64,000 nucleotides of DNA from Candidatus Gastranaerophilales bacterium (GTDB lineage: Bacteria; Cyanobacteriota; Vampirovibrionia; Gastranaerophilales; Gastranaerophilaceae), in contig CALVBT010000003.1 in NCBI GenBank assembly GCA_944325885.1, positions 40,251 to 104,250 of the forward strand, read 5' to 3'. Both the position numbers and the translations under genes were made by a program. The notes beneath the pieces are model-generated. The model searched no databases. It was not told where the DNA came from and worked only from the letters and a program-made list of their open reading frames with translations. This document shows, piece after piece, positions 50,621-60,248 of the stretch (position 1 is its first letter; the number at the start of each line of letters is the position of its first letter).

Positions 50621-51578
50621 TATTTTTCTCTCCGAACAGAGGATAAAAATGATAAAACTGTGTCGGATACATTGAAGAAACTTTTTGCACAAATTCAACA
50701 TATTCATTTTGCATTGCTTTTATTGTTTCTTTTTTTGTACCGGAGAACTCAAACCTGTGCATATACACATTGTAAACTCCTTTTTTCCCTTTCACTGCAG
50801 CAATAAAAAACACAGGCACTCCCATCAATTGTGCAAATCTGAAGGTGCCTGCCGGAAACTCAACCCTCTGTCCGAACAGCTCTGCGCTAAAACTCAGATG
50901 AGAAGACCCCGGAGAAAGTCTGTCACCGGCCATAAAAGCAAGCTCGCCATTATTTAAATTCTCCTGAATTTCTACAGAGGTTTCCATATCAATATTTTCA
51001 ACGGGATATGTTCTGACTGTACTTTTTACCGATATATTTTTTATAAAATTGTTAAAAATCTGACTCTGGCTTTCACTCAAAAACACATTTACAAAAATTT
51101 CCCTATCCAGATTTTCAAAACCCTTGATTGTATAAATTCGCATTACATCAATAAGACCGGTATGAGAGCAAATAAAAAACATTCCCTTTTTTTGAGCAAC
51201 ATATTTTCTCATTGCATCGGCAGCATCAGCGTTTGAAAAACACAATCTTTTAACATCAAAATCTCCGCAGAAGGTCTCCATTTTGTCCACAAGAGAAAGA
51301 GCATAGTTTAAAACTGTTTTGAACTGGTTAAAGATATCCGGTTTTGTCGTTTTAAGAGAATTTTTTTTGCAATACTCATAAATAACAGAAAGGTTAATTT
51401 TTGCATATTTTCTAACATCTTTTGACAAGACAAACGCAAAAAAAGCAACAAAGATTGTAAAAAACTGCACTATTCTCTTGCCAAAAATTCTGTATACATA
51501 CCACAAAAACATCAGGCGTTTTTCTCCTGCAGCCTGTTCTTTCATCTGGTACCATTTTTTTGTCATTTTTTTATACAC
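50610..51578 (-). CDS. LpxL/HtrB-like lipid acyltransferase (aryl-polyene-cluster type)
   Basis: 322 aa. N-terminal TM. HX4D-type motif CSHTGLID. Its position at the edge of the FAS-like cluster matches the COG4261-type acyltransferase of APE/xanthomonadin clusters. Confidence 0.6.
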   Translation of the reverse strand: MYKKMTKKWYQMKEQAAGEKRLMFLWYVYRIFGKRIVQFFTIFVAFFAFVLSKDVRKYAKINLSVIYEYCKKNSLKTTKPDIFNQFKTVLNYALSLVDKMETFCGDFDVKRLCFSNADAADAMRKYVAQKKGMFFICSHTGLIDVMRIYTIKGFENLDREIFVNVFLSESQSQIFNNFIKNISVKSTVRTYPVENIDMETSVEIQENLNNGELAFMAGDRLSPGSSHLSFSAELFGQRVEFPAGTFRFAQLMGVPVFFIAAVKGKKGVYNVYMHRFEFSGTKKETIKAMQNEYVEFVQKVSSMYPTQFYHFYPLFGEKNINI

Positions 51579-52663
51579 TCCAGAAGAGTATAATCGTATT
51601 TTCCGATTCCGTTATATTTATTCAAAAGTTTTAGCCCTGATTTTTCAACCAGCTCCAGCATATCGGCCTCGTTGTACATTCTGCTGCAGCCGTTGGCCAT
51701 ACAGGTAAAATAAAGGGATATGTGAGAAAGTGAATATCTTGCCCCGTCAAACTGCTGATTGTCTATAAAAGGCTCGAGTATATAGACCCTTGTGAATTCA
51801 TTACTTACCTCAGCGACCCTGTTCAAAATAGAGATTATCTGCTCTTCGGAAAAACAATCCAAAAACTGGCTCATAAAAACAGCTGTTTTTTGTTTTTCGT
51901 TCCCTTTCATAAGAGGCAAATTATTTTCTTTTTCCAGAATATCAAGCGAATGAAATTTTATTCTGTCCGAGTCGAAATTTTTCTTTGCAGCTTCAATATT
52001 CTCGCCCAAATCTATCATATTTACGCAGCAGTTTTGATTAAACGAAAGACACGCTCTTTCAAACTTGCCTGTGTTGCCGCCTATATCAAAAATATCAGAC
52101 GGGTTGTTTTCAAAAATTATTTTCAAAACCTCATCAAAACAATCATCAGAATAATGATGATCAAACTCATACCAGCTCTTTTTCATTTGTTCAGGCATTT
52201 GTGTGAGCATCGGATAAATTGTTTTTGAATCAAAAAAGAACTTGTGCAGCCCGACAGGCTCCTGTTTTTCAAAAGAATTTTTCAACTCGCTTGCACCGAG
52301 ATAACAGACATCTTTAACAAAATTAAAATTGACTTTTGTCATAGAATCGAACAAAAATGCATCCGAAAGCGGTGTTGTAGAAAAGACAAGCTCTTCATTC
52401 TTTTCAACCAGACCTATACACAATGCCGCCTCTAACAAAGTAGCTGCTGTGTATTTTGTGACACCGCATTTTTTTATAATCTGCTCACGGGTCATAGGCG
52501 TTTTGTTCAATTCCTGCAGAATATTAAAATCAAGCATTGCCGCTACCACCTGAAAACTAAAAGGTGCAAACGCAATCTTTTGTGCTTCTGTCAGGGCATT
52601 GACTCTCTGTGAGCCTTTGTTTTTTCTTCTTGTAAATCTTGGTTTATTTGCTTTTTCATCCAT
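51563..52663 (-). CDS. SAM-dependent O-methyltransferase (family 2-like, with N-terminal dimerisation/wHTH domain)
   Basis: 366 aa. SAM motif I IFDIGGNTGKF. N-terminal region similar to the O-MT dimerisation domain. Confidence 0.7.
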   Translation of the reverse strand: MDEKANKPRFTRRKNKGSQRVNALTEAQKIAFAPFSFQVVAAMLDFNILQELNKTPMTREQIIKKCGVTKYTAATLLEAALCIGLVEKNEELVFSTTPLSDAFLFDSMTKVNFNFVKDVCYLGASELKNSFEKQEPVGLHKFFFDSKTIYPMLTQMPEQMKKSWYEFDHHYSDDCFDEVLKIIFENNPSDIFDIGGNTGKFERACLSFNQNCCVNMIDLGENIEAAKKNFDSDRIKFHSLDILEKENNLPLMKGNEKQKTAVFMSQFLDCFSEEQIISILNRVAEVSNEFTRVYILEPFIDNQQFDGARYSLSHISLYFTCMANGCSRMYNEADMLELVEKSGLKLLNKYNGIGKYDYTLLECIKK

Positions 52664-52683
52664 AATTCTTTTAAAATTATACC

Positions 52684-53379
52684 ATGGAAATTTACTATAT
52701 TAATGCGGACAAATTTTTACCTTTTATCGACAAAAATTCGCTGAAAGAATTTTTGGAAGACAAAACCTTCGGCAGCCAAAAAAGAGAAACAGAGTTCTGT
52801 CTGGGTCGTTTTCTTGTAAAATACGTGCTAACTCACAGATACAACATAATAAATCCTCAAATCGAAATAAAAAATAAAAAACCTTGCCTCAAAAATAATA
52901 AAGAAAATATAAACTTTAGCATTTCGCATTCAAAGGGGATTGTTCTTGCTGTTTTTGACACAGAAAACACCGGTGCGGATATTGAATTTATGAAGCCGAG
53001 AAATTTTGACAAACTGTTTGATTTTTACAATCTAAAGCCGAAAAGCAAAGACAGTCAGACTTTTTATCAGATATGGACACAATACGAGGCAGAAATAAAA
53101 CTGCAGCAAAAACCGGTATCCTCTATTCAGGCAAAATTTTTAGAAAATTACATATTGTCTGTTTGTTCTTCAGCTGTTGTAGATATCAAAAGCACGCTCA
53201 GAATATACGAGCTGACCAGCCCAAAAGCAAGCACAAATCCTAATGAACTAATCAACTTAAAACTGGTCATAGAAAGCAAAAAGAACGAAAACACACTCGT
53301 TGCGCAAGAAATAAGCACTGCTGACTCCGTATTGGACAGGTGTGTATTTTTAGAGCCGTTGAATCTGAAAATAGAATAA
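52684..53379 (+). CDS. 4'-phosphopantetheinyl transferase (Sfp-type)
   Basis: 231 aa. FSISHSKGIVLAV, TGADIEF and WTQYEAEIK motifs. The last 77 codons overlap the convergent MMPL gene. Confidence 0.75.
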   Translation: MEIYYINADKFLPFIDKNSLKEFLEDKTFGSQKRETEFCLGRFLVKYVLTHRYNIINPQIEIKNKKPCLKNNKENINFSISHSKGIVLAVFDTENTGADIEFMKPRNFDKLFDFYNLKPKSKDSQTFYQIWTQYEAEIKLQQKPVSSIQAKFLENYILSVCSSAVVDIKSTLRIYELTSPKASTNPNELINLKLVIESKKNENTLVAQEISTADSVLDRCVFLEPLNLKIE

Positions 53380-55319
53380 TCCATACTAAAGCCTATAATC
53401 AAAAACATTGCCAGTATATGGAACAGATTTACACACTGATTGAACAAGCCCAGCAACGCTATAGAAAACAACCCGCCCAGAATAGAAGGCAGAGTGATTT
53501 TGAAAGCTGCCTTTGGTGAATATATAAAACACAAAATCAAATACAAAATCAAAGCCGCAGGTGCAAAAAGTTTTATACAGGTTGTTCTGAAAACAGAAAC
53601 CCTATGCGAGATATCGTTCTTCAAATCAATCGCATTTACGCCTGAAGGCAAAAATCTTTTGTCAAAATTTCCGTTTATAATTATTACCGTTGTATTTTTA
53701 TCTATAAAAAACTCCTTTAAAATAGGAAGATTAAGTTTTTCCACAGTCAAAAACTCACGCGGATATTTCATATGCAAAAGTTTGTTACGGGCAGATTCAG
53801 GCAAAAAATATGCATAAGAATTCAGTTCTTTTTTATAGAGTTCTTTTCTGAGCCACTGGTTTTCTTTTTGTCTTTTTATTGAAGGCACAAACCTGCTGAG
53901 AGAATACGCATTAAAATCTTTGCCCTTCAAGGCGTCAATAATAGTTTCTTCTTTTTCCAAAAGCTCCTGATTATTTCTTCCTTTCACAAGAATAAAAGAA
54001 TAGTTAAAATTATTGCCCTGCAAATCATTATACAATTTTTCCGCTGCAGCCAGATTTTTTGGCGGTACGTACATGTCTTTTATGTCATCGTTAAAATTCA
54101 CCCTAAAAAGGCCTGTAACAGTAGCAAAAAAGCACAGAACGATTATTGAATATCTGACCTTTGCCGACAGCACAGGATATGATATTGTTTGCAGATGTTC
54201 AAAATTAATTTTTTTACAAATCAAAGGATAAAAAAGAACAACAAACAAATACACAGTAACAAGACCGCTAATCGTAAACAGAGAAATCTGTTTCAACAAC
54301 GTAATACCGGAAGCAAACAGAACAACAAACGCACACACTGTCGTGAGCAAACTCTCCGTAAGACTTTTTATTATACTTTTCAAATCTCTGTTGTGAGCAA
54401 AATAATGCAAAGAATAATCAACACAAATCCCTATCAATGTCGTTGAAAAAACAAACGTAAGTATGTGAATTGAGTCAAAAAATACGGACGTAACAAGATA
54501 TCCGCAGCCCATACCAAGAGCCAGACTGAGAAAAATCGGCACAAGTATTTTAAAAGATTTAAAATAAAATCTGCACAAAACAATAATAAACAAAGAAGAC
54601 AAAATACAAATTATATTTATTTCGTTAATAGATTTTGAACTTGCGTAATACGTATGTACAGGTGCGCCGGACAAATAGATTTTTGTTTTTTCATTTGCAA
54701 AAGAATCCTTTAAGTCAATAAGTTTTTTCACCTCAACATTCAGCAAAGTAGGGGATAAAGCAAGGTCATCTCTGATTTTGACAGAAAATATTTCATAAAT
54801 TTTTCCGTCAAATTCTATCTGACCCGAAAAACTCTCAGAGCCTAACCCCTGCAAATAATCTATAAAAAGCAAAAACGGATCATACTCAACAGGCACGGGA
54901 TTGTAGCCGACAGGATTGTACAACCTGTCATAGCTCTGCAGTTTTACTGTGACAAAATCCTTGTCCTTTAGCAGGCGGTGCGTATGCTCTGACAAAAGAT
55001 TGTGTTCAAAAAACATATATGTATCAAGAACCTTTTTTACATCGACATTAGAAGGTCTAAAAACATTTTTGTCCAATTTGTCTTTAAAAATTCTTACGTT
55101 ATCGCCGAGTCTTTGGGCATCGTCATCTTCAAAAATTATATTAATTCTGCCAGATTGTCTGTTGCTCAGACGAATAAGATTTTCGTCATGTTGACTATTT
55201 GTCAAAATTGCCTTGAGGATATTTGTTTGAGCAGGTTTTTGATGCATAGCAACAAAAGCCGTAAGCGCAGCCATCACAACAACAAAGAGTATTCTCAATA
55301 TCCAGATTATTTTTTTCAT
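53148..55319 (-). CDS. MMPL/RND-like exporter (APE-cluster COG4258 type)
   Basis: 723 aa. Two blocks of about 6 TM helices, each preceded by a soluble loop. Typical size and position next to the LolA-like gene. Confidence 0.65.
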   Translation of the reverse strand: MKKIIWILRILFVVVMAALTAFVAMHQKPAQTNILKAILTNSQHDENLIRLSNRQSGRINIIFEDDDAQRLGDNVRIFKDKLDKNVFRPSNVDVKKVLDTYMFFEHNLLSEHTHRLLKDKDFVTVKLQSYDRLYNPVGYNPVPVEYDPFLLFIDYLQGLGSESFSGQIEFDGKIYEIFSVKIRDDLALSPTLLNVEVKKLIDLKDSFANEKTKIYLSGAPVHTYYASSKSINEINIICILSSLFIIVLCRFYFKSFKILVPIFLSLALGMGCGYLVTSVFFDSIHILTFVFSTTLIGICVDYSLHYFAHNRDLKSIIKSLTESLLTTVCAFVVLFASGITLLKQISLFTISGLVTVYLFVVLFYPLICKKINFEHLQTISYPVLSAKVRYSIIVLCFFATVTGLFRVNFNDDIKDMYVPPKNLAAAEKLYNDLQGNNFNYSFILVKGRNNQELLEKEETIIDALKGKDFNAYSLSRFVPSIKRQKENQWLRKELYKKELNSYAYFLPESARNKLLHMKYPREFLTVEKLNLPILKEFFIDKNTTVIIINGNFDKRFLPSGVNAIDLKNDISHRVSVFRTTCIKLFAPAALILYLILCFIYSPKAAFKITLPSILGGLFSIALLGLFNQCVNLFHILAMFLIIGFSMDYSIFRFNGSKNTHLSNTESAVLISCATSVFSFFLLSMTSFKLISSLGFVLAFGLVSSYILSVLLISTTAEEQTDNM

Positions 55320-55320
55320 A

Positions 55321-55908
55321 CTACTTACAACCGCTGAAATTTATAGAAGTTTTACTGTTAACTGTTTCTATCGCAAGAAAACTAATATGTTTATTACCTT
55401 TTAAATAAATCATCTTGAGATGCTGTGCTGCAGATGAGGCGGGTTTCGGCACAAGAACAAGCTCCCACTGTTCAGAAGGTTTTATATAATAAAGATCAAA
55501 GTTTTTTTCCAGAAAAGTATAATTTTTGTTTGAAATTGCATTTATTATTGAACTTACATATTTGTTTTGAGAAGAAGTGTAGGAAGAAACAGACTCAATG
55601 GGGTATTTTGTTTCGAAAATCACGCCTTTGTCTTTTATAAATTGAAAATCACCGCCGGATTTCAGAGTTACATTTGTGCTGCCTTTATTAACCAAAATTT
55701 TGGTCTGGTTGAATTTGCACGAGGTGCTGTTAAAAGCAGGCAAATATTTTGCAGCCTGCTGAGGTGTTATTTTGTGGTTAAAAATACTATCCTGCGCATT
55801 TGCAGGCAAGAAACAATAAAATGCACACAAAAATATCCAGACAAACAGATTAAATATTTTTATACTCAATTTATTTTCCATATTTTTCCAATCCCGCCAA
55901 AAATCCAT
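55321..55908 (-). CDS. LolA-like outer-membrane lipoprotein carrier protein
   Basis: 195 aa. Signal peptide ...FLPANAQ. Position between the MMPL and thioesterase genes, as in APE clusters. The real start is possibly the ATG at 55881. Confidence 0.45.
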   Translation of the reverse strand: MDFWRDWKNMENKLSIKIFNLFVWIFLCAFYCFLPANAQDSIFNHKITPQQAAKYLPAFNSTSCKFNQTKILVNKGSTNVTLKSGGDFQFIKDKGVIFETKYPIESVSSYTSSQNKYVSSIINAISNKNYTFLEKNFDLYYIKPSEQWELVLVPKPASSAAQHLKMIYLKGNKHISFLAIETVNSKTSINFSGCK

Positions 55909-56287
55909 CCGGTGCTTTATAAACTGTTTCCATTGTTTTGTAGTTCAAACAAATTTGAAGGCTCTTTGCCTCAAAAACCTTTTTGTCCGTAACGGCATCT
56001 CTTATCACATATTTTATAGACAAAGCCGGTTCTACCTCCAAGATTGTACTTGTGACAACAAGCTCCTGTGAAAAAGTACAGGGTTTTATATATTTCAATT
56101 CCATTTTTGCAACAGGATAAGCAAATCCGTCTTTTTTCATATCGTCATAGGTATAGCCGATTTTCTCCAGCATATCGCATCTTGCTGCCTCAAGATACTT
56201 CAGATAATTTCCATGCCAGACAACATTCATCGGGTCAAGGTCGTAAAATTCAACTTTCAGTTTATACTGTGTTTCTATATTTTTCAT
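55871..56287 (-). CDS. 4HBT/YbgC-type acyl-(ACP/CoA) thioesterase
   Basis: 138 aa. VEFYDLDPMNVVWHGNYLKYLE is the hotdog thioesterase catalytic region. Confidence 0.7.
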   Translation of the reverse strand: MKNIETQYKLKVEFYDLDPMNVVWHGNYLKYLEAARCDMLEKIGYTYDDMKKDGFAYPVAKMELKYIKPCTFSQELVVTSTILEVEPALSIKYVIRDAVTDKKVFEAKSLQICLNYKTMETVYKAPDGFLAGLEKYGK

Positions 56288-57891
56288 AGTTTTTCTTCCA
56301 TTATTCCGCTCGAGCAGACAGTATCTCCTTTTTTAAAGGTATAAGAAATATTTTTGCCATTTTTAGCCAAAGACAGCGTAACTCTTTCTTGAGGTTTTAT
56401 AACTTTTGAAAACTTTATTTTTTTTACGATTTCAGTATTTATTTTAATACCAAATGCCTCTTGAATAAAATAGCCCGCAAAGTTCAATTGCACAACACCG
56501 GGCAAAATCGGCAGATTGTTAAAATGTCCGTTAAAAAAGTTGCTGCTTTTTAAAAACACCATTTCAAAATCAGCTGTTTGCTCAGACAGGCGGTAATTTA
56601 ATACAACAGGGAACGAAAGATTTGTTGAAAAAATTTCCGTTATTTTATCCGCATCTGTTTTGCCGGCACAATTTTTAGGGATACAGTACAAAAATTTCCA
56701 TTTTTGAGGAACAATATCAAATTTGTCCAGAAGATAAGCCTTGAAATATTTAGAAATATTATTTTCCAAAGCAAAATCCGCACCCGATGCAGACAACACC
56801 GCTGCGCATGCGAGTTTGTCATCGAATTTAAAACAGTATGCATCCGAAATATAATCGTTTTTTAAAAGTTCCTGTTCTATTTCAGGGGCTGATATTCTTT
56901 TTTCCTGAATTTTTAAAATTCTATCATTTCTTCTGCAAGGGATAAAACAATTATTTTTATCAAACTTTACTATATCCCCCGAAACAAGCCTGTCTTCCAG
57001 AAAATAAGGCGATTCCACAACCAGACAGTTATTGCTGTCAGCACTGACACAAACACCCTTGTAACAGAAAAAGCCCTCTTCTAAAGAAGAATTTTTGTAC
57101 CCGATTGTCCCGCATTCCGTACAGCCAAAAACCTCTATGACCTGACAAAATTTTTCAAAATATTCATAGACACTTTGTTTTAATTTTGCACCTGCGCTGA
57201 ACACGCACAAAGGAGGATTTGCAGGTTTTTCGTCGTATTTTTGAAAAGTTTCCATAAAAGAAGGACTGGAAACAAAAACACAGTTATTTACATTCACCTG
57301 AGAAGGATAAACAACTGTAGAGGCATCCATTATCATTCTGTCAAAATGACACATCGGGAGCAAGAAATAATAACACAACCCGTACATGTGCTGGGCAGAA
57401 ACAGATGAAATTATACGAACCAAATCTTTTTTGACAAAATACACGGAAGAATGCGCCTCAAATACAGCGGCTGCCTCATCCAGTATAATTGAAAAAGTTT
57501 TTTTAACATGCTTTGGTTTGCCTGTTGAACCTGAGGTGAACAAATGTACAAAAACACTGTCAAAATCCGGCTGAACAAGTTCAAAATCCGAATCTTTTTC
57601 CGGCAGAACAGAGTCTGCAATCTCATAATCCAACGACAAATCACCCGATTTTTTAACATCGCTTACTAAAAAAATATCCTTGTTTGAATAAACACAGGCA
57701 AAAAACCACACTGCAAAATCAAATGCATTTTCAGATATTATTGCGATATTTTTTGTGTCCAAGTTTTTTAAATACGCACAGTGAGTTTTGACAACCGACT
57801 TAAACTCTCCGACAGAAACAACATTGTCCTCTCTGATTAAAAGAGGTGCGCTGTCATATTCATTTGTATGAAAAACAGAAAAAATATTCAT
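56284..57891 (-). CDS. Acyl/aryl-AMP ligase fused to a C-terminal hotdog dehydratase-like domain
   Basis: 535 aa. Adenylation core motif LFTSGSTGKPKHV. The C-terminal ~130 aa (LPILPGVVQLNFAGYFIQEAF...) look like FabA/FabZ-type hotdog folds. These are separate ApeH and ApeI genes in described APE clusters (from memory). Confidence 0.7.
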   Translation of the reverse strand: MNIFSVFHTNEYDSAPLLIREDNVVSVGEFKSVVKTHCAYLKNLDTKNIAIISENAFDFAVWFFACVYSNKDIFLVSDVKKSGDLSLDYEIADSVLPEKDSDFELVQPDFDSVFVHLFTSGSTGKPKHVKKTFSIILDEAAAVFEAHSSVYFVKKDLVRIISSVSAQHMYGLCYYFLLPMCHFDRMIMDASTVVYPSQVNVNNCVFVSSPSFMETFQKYDEKPANPPLCVFSAGAKLKQSVYEYFEKFCQVIEVFGCTECGTIGYKNSSLEEGFFCYKGVCVSADSNNCLVVESPYFLEDRLVSGDIVKFDKNNCFIPCRRNDRILKIQEKRISAPEIEQELLKNDYISDAYCFKFDDKLACAAVLSASGADFALENNISKYFKAYLLDKFDIVPQKWKFLYCIPKNCAGKTDADKITEIFSTNLSFPVVLNYRLSEQTADFEMVFLKSSNFFNGHFNNLPILPGVVQLNFAGYFIQEAFGIKINTEIVKKIKFSKVIKPQERVTLSLAKNGKNISYTFKKGDTVCSSGIMEEKL

Positions 57892-57893
57892 AT

Positions 57894-58319
57894 CTAAATA
57901 TTGTGTTTACGTTTAAAAAATATTCTAAAAATATATTCTACAGCAAAAAACACCCCGAGCAAAATATATGACACACAACCGTTGTATATCATCCACACTC
58001 TGTCAGGCAAAAAAATCGTCCAAACCGACAGTGCAAACTGCACAAAAAGAAAAACACACCACAAATACGTAAGATTTTTTGTATAAACTCTCACTTTGGG
58101 ATGCAATTCACCCTCTGCCATACGAGCAAACTTCTGGATAACGGTTTCGTTTGCAAACAAAGACGAAAAAAATATCATAAATATCGAAAAATTAACGACT
58201 GCAGGATACAGCTTCAACCCGCTGAGCCTTGTAAAATGGAATAATGCAATAATAAAGAAGGTAAAAAGCAGAGAAAAAACAACTGCGTATTTTTTGTATA
58301 TTGCTTTTAGTTTTTCCAT
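57894..58319 (-). CDS. Small integral membrane protein (APE-cluster COG4648-like)
   Basis: 141 aa with 4 TM helices. Conserved position between the ACP genes and the ligase. Confidence 0.5.
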   Translation of the reverse strand: MEKLKAIYKKYAVVFSLLFTFFIIALFHFTRLSGLKLYPAVVNFSIFMIFFSSLFANETVIQKFARMAEGELHPKVRVYTKNLTYLWCVFLFVQFALSVWTIFLPDRVWMIYNGCVSYILLGVFFAVEYIFRIFFKRKHNI

Positions 58320-58570
58320 TATTTCAACAATTCTTGAACCGCCTCAACAACATCATTGACTGTGCGGATTTGTTTAAAATTATCAGGAGAAATTTTTTGC
58401 TGTGTAAAATCCTGAAGTTTTACGGCAAGGTCAACAGCATCTATACTATCAAACTCCAAATCCTCAAAAAGGTTTGCATCAGGGTTAATGAGTTCTCTTT
58501 TGATTTCAAAATCATTTACAAGAATCTCTGTCAATTCATGCATTATTTGTTCTTTAGTATATTGTGCCAT
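58319..58570 (-). CDS. Acyl carrier protein
   Basis: 83 aa. Phosphopantetheine site LEFDSIDAVDL. Confidence 0.85.
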   Translation of the reverse strand: MAQYTKEQIMHELTEILVNDFEIKRELINPDANLFEDLEFDSIDAVDLAVKLQDFTQQKISPDNFKQIRTVNDVVEAVQELLK

Positions 58571-58603
58571 TATACACCCTTTACCGTTAGTTTTTTTACC
58601 ACA

Positions 58604-58876
58604 CTAAACATTTTTTTGACTTCTTATAAAGTCAGCCAGTGTTTTTACCGAATAAAAATGTTTTTTATTATCTTCTTTTTTAGAACCCATAGCAAGGCTG
58701 TATTTCTTTTTTAATGCCATACCGAGTTCCAGTGCATCGATAGAATCCAGCCCGAGGCCTTCCACAAAAAGAGGCTCCTCTTCATTTATGTCATCAGGAG
58801 TGATGTCCTCGAGTTCCAAAACGTCAATTATTAATTTTTTAAGTTCTGATTCCAGACTGTTGTTATCTTTTTCCAT
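58604..58876 (-). CDS. Acyl carrier protein (second copy)
   Basis: 90 aa. Phosphopantetheine site LGLDSIDALEL. Confidence 0.85.
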   Translation of the reverse strand: MEKDNNSLESELKKLIIDVLELEDITPDDINEEEPLFVEGLGLDSIDALELGMALKKKYSLAMGSKKEDNKKHFYSVKTLADFIRSQKNV

Positions 58877-58890
58877 ACTAAATTTATAGC

Positions 58891-59655
58891 CTAATAAGAA
58901 TTTAAAGTCAATTTTAAAATTCTCTCTTTAATTATGCTGTTTACAAGATTACGGAATTTTATGTCATCGAGGTTTTCTTTTTTATACTGAGAGGGTACTA
59001 TTTTTTCGTTTACTGTAATTGTATAATTAACGGTTTTTTCTCCGGCGTCATATATTTTTTGATTTTTGGCAAGGAATTTATAATCACAGCTAATATGCAG
59101 CGGAACAATCTCCGCATCAGAATTTATTGCAATCATTGCCGCACCTTTATGGAGCTTCATGTCTTCGCCTTCCAGAGTTCTTGTTCCGTTGGGGAAAATC
59201 ACGATATTGTACCCCTGCTTTAAGACCTCATCTGCTTCTTTTTTCAATTTTTCTTTATCCTCATCGTTTATAAGATAAAGAGAGCTGACGATATTGCTCA
59301 TAACAAGATTTTTCTTCAACTCTTTTTTTGCCATGCATAGTGTATTCGGGATAAGACCGATAATAAGCAATATATCAATATAGCTCGGATGATTGCTGAC
59401 AATAACTTTTCCTCTCAAAGAACGAAGATAAGCAAGGTCTTTTTCGGACACATTGAGTTTTATTGAACCATTTTTCTCAATGAAATTTGTAAAAAAACGC
59501 CATGTCTTGTGTACCACGTTACACAGATAATTGCGCTTTTCTTCCCCTTTCATAAACAAAGACACAACAGGAAAAAACACAAGCCCCAAAAACAATGACC
59601 CCGCTCCGAAAAACACAAATGAAAACAATACTACAAAAGAACGCCAGAGCTTCAT
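58891..59655 (-). CDS. PlsC/LPLAT-family acyltransferase
   Basis: 254 aa. N-terminal TM. HX4D motif SNHPSYIDIL. FPNGTR motif III-like. Confidence 0.75.
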   Translation of the reverse strand: MKLWRSFVVLFSFVFFGAGSLFLGLVFFPVVSLFMKGEEKRNYLCNVVHKTWRFFTNFIEKNGSIKLNVSEKDLAYLRSLRGKVIVSNHPSYIDILLIIGLIPNTLCMAKKELKKNLVMSNIVSSLYLINDEDKEKLKKEADEVLKQGYNIVIFPNGTRTLEGEDMKLHKGAAMIAINSDAEIVPLHISCDYKFLAKNQKIYDAGEKTVNYTITVNEKIVPSQYKKENLDDIKFRNLVNSIIKERILKLTLNSY

Positions 59656-60227
59656 TTTTTTACTCCGGCGGACTCTAAAAACTTAGAAAGATTATATTTT
59701 TTCATATCATCAAGCGAAATTGCAAGCGAAGAAGAAGAGGGTGAAGGTTTTTTAGAAACAATACAGGCAAAAGCCACTGTTTTATCTCTCCCTACAGGTT
59801 CAAAGCAGTCAGCATAGCAATACAAAACATCTTTATTCTGCTCGCAATCAACTGCCGCCTCTATCAAACCTGCACAAAAAGTATTGTCCCCTGCAGACAT
59901 TGCATTGTAACTGTTTTTTATCCCGTTTAACAAAGAGAATTGCCCGATTACGCTATTATGAACGGATGCACTGAAGGTTGCGGGCGATACTTCATTTTCT
60001 TCACTATACTGGGAAATTAGTTTTTTTAGTCTGTCAAATTCTCCGTATTGCGAAGCAAAAACCAGCTTTACATCACTGTTTTCATATACTTCATTCATAA
60101 CGCAAAGGGCTGCTTTGTCCACTTTGCTGAGTTTTCTTCGTGACATTGGCGGAAGAAAAGACACATCAATCTCTTCATTCTCTTTGTATGCACATTTTGA
60201 AATATAAAAAAGTTTTTCGCTGTTCAT
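59652..60227 (-). CDS. Ketosynthase-related chain-length-factor-like protein (no active-site Cys motif)
   Basis: 191 aa. KS N-terminal-like sequence without the TACxSG motif. Divergently paired with the KS at 60249, as ApeC/ApeO are in APE clusters. Confidence 0.5.
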   Translation of the reverse strand: MNSEKLFYISKCAYKENEEIDVSFLPPMSRRKLSKVDKAALCVMNEVYENSDVKLVFASQYGEFDRLKKLISQYSEENEVSPATFSASVHNSVIGQFSLLNGIKNSYNAMSAGDNTFCAGLIEAAVDCEQNKDVLYCYADCFEPVGRDKTVAFACIVSKKPSPSSSSLAISLDDMKKYNLSKFLESAGVKK

Positions 60228-60248
60228 GGTAGTATAATTATATCAGAT

